DNA from: Woeseiaceae bacterium
GTDB lineage: Bacteria; Pseudomonadota; Gammaproteobacteria; Steroidobacterales; Woeseiaceae
Assembly: GCA_965224655.1 (NCBI GenBank)
Contig: OZ245060.1
Coordinates: 258,917-322,916 of the forward strand
DNA length: 64,000 nucleotides
Direction: 5' to 3'
Positions 56,821-64,000 of the stretch are shown here, piece after piece (position 1 is the stretch's first letter; each line of letters opens with the position of its first letter). Under the pieces are notes generated by a model. It worked only from the letters and a program-made list of their open reading frames with translations, searched no databases and was not told where the DNA came from. Made by a program: the position numbers and the translations under genes.

Positions 56821-58833
56821 ATGAATCTCAAACGGCAGTTGTTGCTCGTCAGCCTGATGACGCTGATGCTGCCGTGGGCCGGCTGCGAGTTCATTCGCGA
56901 AACGGAGTCTGCACTGCGCCAGGTGCAGGAGGACATGCTGGCCGGCACGGCACGCGCGCTGGCGACATCATTCGGACAATACCCGGAAGAGTTCCCGGCA
57001 GCCGATATCCGAGGTACCAGCGACGATCGCATCTACCTGCATGCGCTGGGCAAGCGCCCGGAGATCGACGGCTACTTCGACGACTGGCCGCTGGAACCTG
57101 ATGCGCTGCACACAATGACGGGTTTCGACGGACCGATTCGCTACGCGTTCGGCGAAGTCGGCAACGACGTTTACGTATTTGTCGAGGTGACCGATCGCAG
57201 CGTTGTTTACGCAGCAAGCCAGGCGCCTGCCGGCCGTTCCACGTTCGCCGATCGCGTTTCGATCGTGAGCGCCAGCCCGCCGATGTCGCTCGACCGATTT
57301 GTATTCGCCACCGAGGCGCCCGGACAGACTGTTAGTTACCGTCCCGTCGGCCGTGAAATCGAAGTGGAGCCGGCAACAACCGCATACTGGCAGGAATTCG
57401 CCGGCGGCTACCGGCTCGAGGGACGCATACCGGTGTCTTTGCTCGGCAGCAATATCGGACTGGCCGTCGAGAACACGGCGACGGCGTCCGAGCGCGGGAC
57501 GCGGGCGCAAAACTTCGCAGGCACGGTTCCCGGACTCGCAGCGCGGCCACTGCCCGGGATTCGCACACTGGCAGAACCACTGGTTCCTGACGGTACGCGG
57601 GTACTGATAACCGACGCCGAGGGCTGGCGTATCGCGACATCGGGTGCACTACGGCAATCCGCGAGCGACACGGACAACGTGTGGCCAAGACACATCTATG
57701 AGCTGCTCGTCGAAAGCGGCAAGGCGGCCGCGTTCGCCGAACCGGACCCGCAAGGGCGCGAAACGCAGGCCTACGTGAACATTGCGCTGAACGGTACCGA
57801 GCAGACGGCTTGGTTCCGGGCCGAGGACAGCGGCCAGGCCATCATCGCGGCGGCGGCGCCGATCGTGAACAACGGAGACATCGTTGGCGCATTGATATTG
57901 CAACAAAGCACCGACGCGATACTGAGCCTCGCAAACTCTGGCCTTGCCCGGTTGATCAGCATTACGATCATCACGACACTCGTCGTCGCGGCCATCCTCC
58001 TCGGTTACGCCACCTGGCTGTCACGACGCATTCGTCACCTGTCCAGGGCAGCCGAGCGCGCGCTCGAAAACGAGCAATTGCAAAGCGCGCTCCCGGGCGC
58101 GGAAGCGACGGACGAGGTTGGCGATCTGTCGCGAAGTTTTTCGTACGTCCTGCGACAGCTCGATGACTACAACGCCTACCTGCGATCGCTCGCATCGAAA
58201 CTCTCCCACGAACTCCGCACACCACTGGCGATCGTCACGTCGTCGCTCGACAACCTCGAACACGAACAATTGAGTGGCGCGTCAGTCGGCTACATTGACC
58301 GCGCGAGCGAGGGCGCTAATCGCCTCCGCAAGATTCTGAATGCTATGAGCGAAGCGAGCCGCGTCGAGGAGTTGATGGAGAGCGCCGAGCCGGAACAGTT
58401 CGACCTGCACAAGGTGCTCAAGTCGACGGTCGCGGCCTACTCGGACGCGTACCCTGACAGGCGCATCGAATTCGATGCGGCGGTCAACGAGGCAACGGTG
58501 AATGGTTCGCCCGAGCTGTTGATCCAGATGCTCGACAAGCTCGTCGACAACGCGGTGAGCTTTTCCGGCGATGGCGACACAGTCTCGATACGCCTGTCTG
58601 AATCGGACGATTCGGTGATTGTCTCCGTTACCAACCCGGGTCCGCCACTGCCCGAACGCATGCGCTCCCAGATGTTCGATTCAATGGTCTCGATGCGCGG
58701 CGGCGAGGATTCCCGGCACCTCGGTCTTGGGCTATTTGTCGCACGGCTAATCGCCGAAGGACACAGCGGGCGTATTGCCGCCGACAACGTCGATGGCGGT
58801 GTGTGCTTCTCGGTTTTCCTTCCAGTTAACTGA
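56821..58833 (+). CDS. sensor histidine kinase of the dedicated sortase system
   Basis: 670 aa. It has an N-terminal TM helix, a periplasmic domain of about 360 aa, a second TM helix and a HAMP-like segment. The H-box 'LASKLSHELRTPLA' and the HATPase motifs ('NPGPPL', 'GLGLFV') are present. Confidence 0.85.
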   Translation: MNLKRQLLLVSLMTLMLPWAGCEFIRETESALRQVQEDMLAGTARALATSFGQYPEEFPAADIRGTSDDRIYLHALGKRPEIDGYFDDWPLEPDALHTMTGFDGPIRYAFGEVGNDVYVFVEVTDRSVVYAASQAPAGRSTFADRVSIVSASPPMSLDRFVFATEAPGQTVSYRPVGREIEVEPATTAYWQEFAGGYRLEGRIPVSLLGSNIGLAVENTATASERGTRAQNFAGTVPGLAARPLPGIRTLAEPLVPDGTRVLITDAEGWRIATSGALRQSASDTDNVWPRHIYELLVESGKAAAFAEPDPQGRETQAYVNIALNGTEQTAWFRAEDSGQAIIAAAAPIVNNGDIVGALILQQSTDAILSLANSGLARLISITIITTLVVAAILLGYATWLSRRIRHLSRAAERALENEQLQSALPGAEATDEVGDLSRSFSYVLRQLDDYNAYLRSLASKLSHELRTPLAIVTSSLDNLEHEQLSGASVGYIDRASEGANRLRKILNAMSEASRVEELMESAEPEQFDLHKVLKSTVAAYSDAYPDRRIEFDAAVNEATVNGSPELLIQMLDKLVDNAVSFSGDGDTVSIRLSESDDSVIVSVTNPGPPLPERMRSQMFDSMVSMRGGEDSRHLGLGLFVARLIAEGHSGRIAADNVDGGVCFSVFLPVN

Positions 58834-58911
58834 TTGTTTTTAATGGATTTATCAGTTGATCTGGCCTATAATGCTGTATATTAAAACAGTTATTATTTGA
58901 GGGGAAAAATC

Positions 58912-60201
58912 ATGTCATCAGCCGTTGCCTGCCTGCCCCATCCGGACGTCACGGATGGCGAAAAACTCGGCGCCGATATCAGCGAGCTGTCGGCCTACAT
59001 CTACGTTGCGACCTACCAGTTGCTGGTGATGATTGCGGAGTTCGATCGCAAGAAGTACTGGGAAGGACAGGGGTTTCGTAGCTGTGCGCACTGGCTGAAC
59101 CATCACTGCGGCTTCAACATGAATTCAGCGCGTGAACGGGTGCGGGTCGCCCATGCGCTGGGCCGCTTGCCGAAGATCGCGAAAAAGTTCTCCACCGGGC
59201 AACTGAGCTACTCGAAGGTACGCGCTGTGACGCGCGTGGCGGATGAGACCAACGAGGACCAGTTATTGACGTTTGCCGAGCATGGCACGGCTCACCAGGT
59301 GGAGCGGCTGGTGGCGCAGTACCGTCGGGCACAGCATCTGCAGAACGAAGACAACGCGTATCGGCAATACCTGGATCGTGAGGTGAGTTACTACTACGAC
59401 ATCGACGGGGCGGTGGTGATGAAGGTGCGCATGCCCGCGGAGCAGGGTGAGCTGGTCGTTAAGGCACTGGAGCGGATGATGGACGTGGATTTCAGGGGGG
59501 AGGGACCAGACTCCGTTGAGCAAACGGCGGTCGAAGATCCACTGCACGTGCCGTCTGCGGCGCGGCGAGCCGATGCGCTGACGCACATCTGCCAGGCCTA
59601 CCTGAATAACAACGATGAGAAGGGCTCGAAGGCGGATCGGTACCAGGTCGTGGTGCATCAGAAGGAAGGATCTGCCTGCATAGAACATGGCCCAAACGTT
59701 TCCGCGGAAACGTGCAAAAGGATCAGTTGCGATTGTTCGACGGTGACGGTCGTCGAGGATGTTGACGGCGAACCACTGTCCATAGGCCGGAAAACACGCA
59801 CGTTACCACCTGCCATCCGTCGCGCATTGGTGGCCAGAGACGGCGGATGTCGCTTTCCAGGGTGTACCGACCATCGTTTCGTGGTTGGTCACCATATTCA
59901 GCACTGGGCCGATGGCGGCGAGACGAGTCTCGACAACCTCGTACTGCTGTGCGAACACCATCACCACCTGGTGCACGAGGGTGGCTTTGATTGCCGACGA
60001 TCGGAATGTGGCGAGATCTATTTCGTGGACAGGCGGAACGAACCGATATCGACGCATGTGATCCCGCGACCGATTTCGATTGAGAACATCCTGGCCTCGA
60101 TGCGGGCTCGGTTTTCCAGATCCAATGTTCCCGCGGAAACGTTTAGGCCTGCGCAGGCCTCAGGTACCCGGGTCGACTGGTCGCTGGTCGAGTTGGCCTG
60201 A
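58912..60201 (+). CDS. DUF222-domain HNH endonuclease (actinobacterial 13E12-repeat-like)
   Basis: The ATG at 58912 has GAGGGG 7 nt upstream. The DUF222 region reads 'IAEFDRKKYWEGQGFRSCAHWLNHHCG...ARERVRVAHALGRLP'. The HNH motif reads 'HHIQHWADGGETSLDNLVLLCEHHHHLVHEGGF'. Confidence 0.8.
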   Translation: MSSAVACLPHPDVTDGEKLGADISELSAYIYVATYQLLVMIAEFDRKKYWEGQGFRSCAHWLNHHCGFNMNSARERVRVAHALGRLPKIAKKFSTGQLSYSKVRAVTRVADETNEDQLLTFAEHGTAHQVERLVAQYRRAQHLQNEDNAYRQYLDREVSYYYDIDGAVVMKVRMPAEQGELVVKALERMMDVDFRGEGPDSVEQTAVEDPLHVPSAARRADALTHICQAYLNNNDEKGSKADRYQVVVHQKEGSACIEHGPNVSAETCKRISCDCSTVTVVEDVDGEPLSIGRKTRTLPPAIRRALVARDGGCRFPGCTDHRFVVGHHIQHWADGGETSLDNLVLLCEHHHHLVHEGGFDCRRSECGEIYFVDRRNEPISTHVIPRPISIENILASMRARFSRSNVPAETFRPAQASGTRVDWSLVELA

Positions 60202-60215
60202 TAGGCTGACGGCAG

Positions 60216-60533
60216 ATGGACGATCAGAACCAATCAACGAGCTGGACGACGGTGGGGTATTTCTACCACCCGACCGAAGCACGTATTGCTGCCGGTAGAC
60301 TCGAGTCTGAAGGAATTCCCGTCTATCTTCATGGCGTCAATCACGCGACAGCCAACTGGTTGCTGACGACTGCTCTTGGCGGAATTCAACGTCAGGTTCT
60401 CAGGGCTGCTGTCGCTGGTGGCGCATTCGCCATTGCGCCTGCTGCATTGGCCTACGGAATTTTCGTGAAGGCGCTGCCTGTTGCGTACGGCTTTGCGGCC
60501 ACATTGCTCGGGTTGCTTGAGAGGCGAGGTTAG
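60216..60533 (+). CDS. DUF2007-like small protein with C-terminal hydrophobic segment(s)
   Basis: 105 aa. The sequence 'WTTVGYFYHPTEARIAAGRLESEGIPVYLHG' resembles the DUF2007 (putative signal-transducing) fold motif. The C-terminal 45 aa are Ala/Gly/Leu-rich TM-like sequence. Confidence 0.55.
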   Translation: MDDQNQSTSWTTVGYFYHPTEARIAAGRLESEGIPVYLHGVNHATANWLLTTALGGIQRQVLRAAVAGGAFAIAPAALAYGIFVKALPVAYGFAATLLGLLERRG

Positions 60534-60534
60534 A

Positions 60535-61173
60535 TTGATCGTCTGCAGGCACACAGGAACCTACGTGTTTGCAATCGCAATACTATCTGTTGCGCTGTTG
60601 CCAGTCGTCTCCACAGCGCAACCAGAGGATGCCGATATCCGTGTTCGCGAAGAGCTTGTCGCCGCCGCGATGGAAAGAACGAATTACGACGTCACTTACG
60701 ACGGCCGTTACGTGTCAATCGGGTATCCGGGCGGCGACGTGCCGCCGGATATCGGTGTGTGCACCGATGTCATTGTTCGCAGCTACCGCGCCACCGGCAT
60801 CGATCTCCAGGTACTCGTGCACGAGGATATGCAAGCGAACTTCGATGCATACCCGAAATACTGGGGCTTGTCTGCGCCCGACCCGAACATCGATCACAGG
60901 CGCGTGCCGAACCTGCAGGTCTTCTTCTCGAGACAGGGCGAATCGCTGCCCGTTTCGGACAATGCCGACGCATACCGGCCCGGCGACGTGGTTACATGGA
61001 TGCTTCCGGGCAACCTCCCTCACATCGGCATTGTCGTAGCCCAGCGGTCTTCCGGTACGAATCGTCCGCTCGTGGTCCACAATATTGGTGAGGGACCGAA
61101 ACTGGAGGACATCCTGTTCCGATACGAAATCACGGGCCACTATCGATTCTACGGCGCTCGCCAGGAGCGTTGA
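60535..61173 (+). CDS. DUF1287-family protein (papain/NlpC-P60-like fold), secreted
   Basis: The sequence 'YDVTYDGRYVSIGYPGGDVPPDIGVCTDVIVRSYR...NIDHRRVPNL...PGDVVTW...PHIGIV...VHNIG...GHYRF' matches DUF1287. A TTG start at 60535, 1 nt after the preceding stop, gives a signal-peptide-like N-terminus. GTG 60568 is an alternative. Confidence 0.75.
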   Translation: MIVCRHTGTYVFAIAILSVALLPVVSTAQPEDADIRVREELVAAAMERTNYDVTYDGRYVSIGYPGGDVPPDIGVCTDVIVRSYRATGIDLQVLVHEDMQANFDAYPKYWGLSAPDPNIDHRRVPNLQVFFSRQGESLPVSDNADAYRPGDVVTWMLPGNLPHIGIVVAQRSSGTNRPLVVHNIGEGPKLEDILFRYEITGHYRFYGARQER

Positions 61174-61174
61174 C

Positions 61175-61582
61175 TTGAGAGTCTTCTTCTACGGCCTTTT
61201 CATGGACGAATCCGTACTCGCCGCGAAGGACATTGCGTTTACTGCGATTGCCACCGGCTACGTCGAAGACTTTCAATTGCGCATCGGCGAACGCGCAACA
61301 CTCCTTCACAAACCCGGCGGCCGGGCTTGGGGGAACGTGATGGACGTTAGTTCCGGCGACGCAGCACGACTGTATTCAGAAAAGAGCGTTGCCGACTATG
61401 TACCGGAAACGGTTGTCGTCGAAACCGGTGACGGTACGCAGCTCGAAGCAACCTGCTACAACCTGCCGCGCGAGGCAGTCGCCGGCACCAACAGGAGCTA
61501 CGCGAAATCCCTTCTCGCACTGGCCATTCGTTGCGGGTTTCCGGAGTCCTACCTGGACGAAATCCGGCGGGTAGCCGAATAG
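61175..61582 (+). CDS. gamma-glutamylcyclotransferase (GGCT/AIG2-like) family protein
   Basis: A TTG start at 61175, 1 nt after the DUF1287 stop, gives 'LRVFFYGLFMDESVL', the YGxLM-type N-terminus of AIG2/GGCT proteins. It is 135 aa. Confidence 0.6.
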   Translation: MRVFFYGLFMDESVLAAKDIAFTAIATGYVEDFQLRIGERATLLHKPGGRAWGNVMDVSSGDAARLYSEKSVADYVPETVVVETGDGTQLEATCYNLPREAVAGTNRSYAKSLLALAIRCGFPESYLDEIRRVAE

Positions 61583-61586
61583 ATCG

Positions 61587-64000
<2,414 letters not shown>

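Overview
High-GC chromosomal segment (about 60% GC or more by eye) of a gammaproteobacterium, probably a marine lineage; the taxon guess is low confidence. Its conserved gene blocks resemble Pseudomonadales/Cellvibrionales: algZ-algR-hemCDXY, dapF-yigA-xerC-hslVU, ubiE-ubiJ-ubiB, xthA/pyrE/dut-coaBC/radC/rpmBG/mutM/coaD/rsmD/ftsYEX/rpoH, and gltBD at the right edge. I call about 70 protein genes. I found no rRNA, tRNA, CRISPR array, transposase or prophage. Many long ORFs in the track are antisense or read-through shadows typical of high-GC DNA, so several track starts were trimmed to internal starts. One gene missing from the track (rpmG) and one edge fragment (a TonB-dependent receptor, TBDR) were added by hand. 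The main accessory content is: (1) a four-gene Gram-negative 'dedicated sortase' system at 53.3-58.8 kb (sortase, VIT/vWA target with a non-canonical FPATAT sorting signal, divergent response regulator and histidine kinase), recognised bioinformatically but to my knowledge functionally unexplained; (2) next to it, a lower-GC islet at 58.8-61.6 kb with an actinobacterial-type DUF222/HNH endonuclease and a tightly packed DUF2007-TM / DUF1287 / gamma-glutamylcyclotransferase operon; (3) a LysR-headed cluster at 0-6.7 kb with two lipoprotein hydrolases, an NhaC-type carrier and a DadA-like dehydrogenase, suggesting catabolism of D-amino-acid peptides; (4) a sigma54-type promoter in front of a TorF-like porin-glnK-amtB operon; (5) a family of very long intergenic palindromes sharing a GGGGYCAGACCCC core (a 73-bp perfect one at 46.6 kb and a 97-bp one at 23.4 kb). 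All functional calls rest on motifs and collinearity I recognise by eye. No database search was run.
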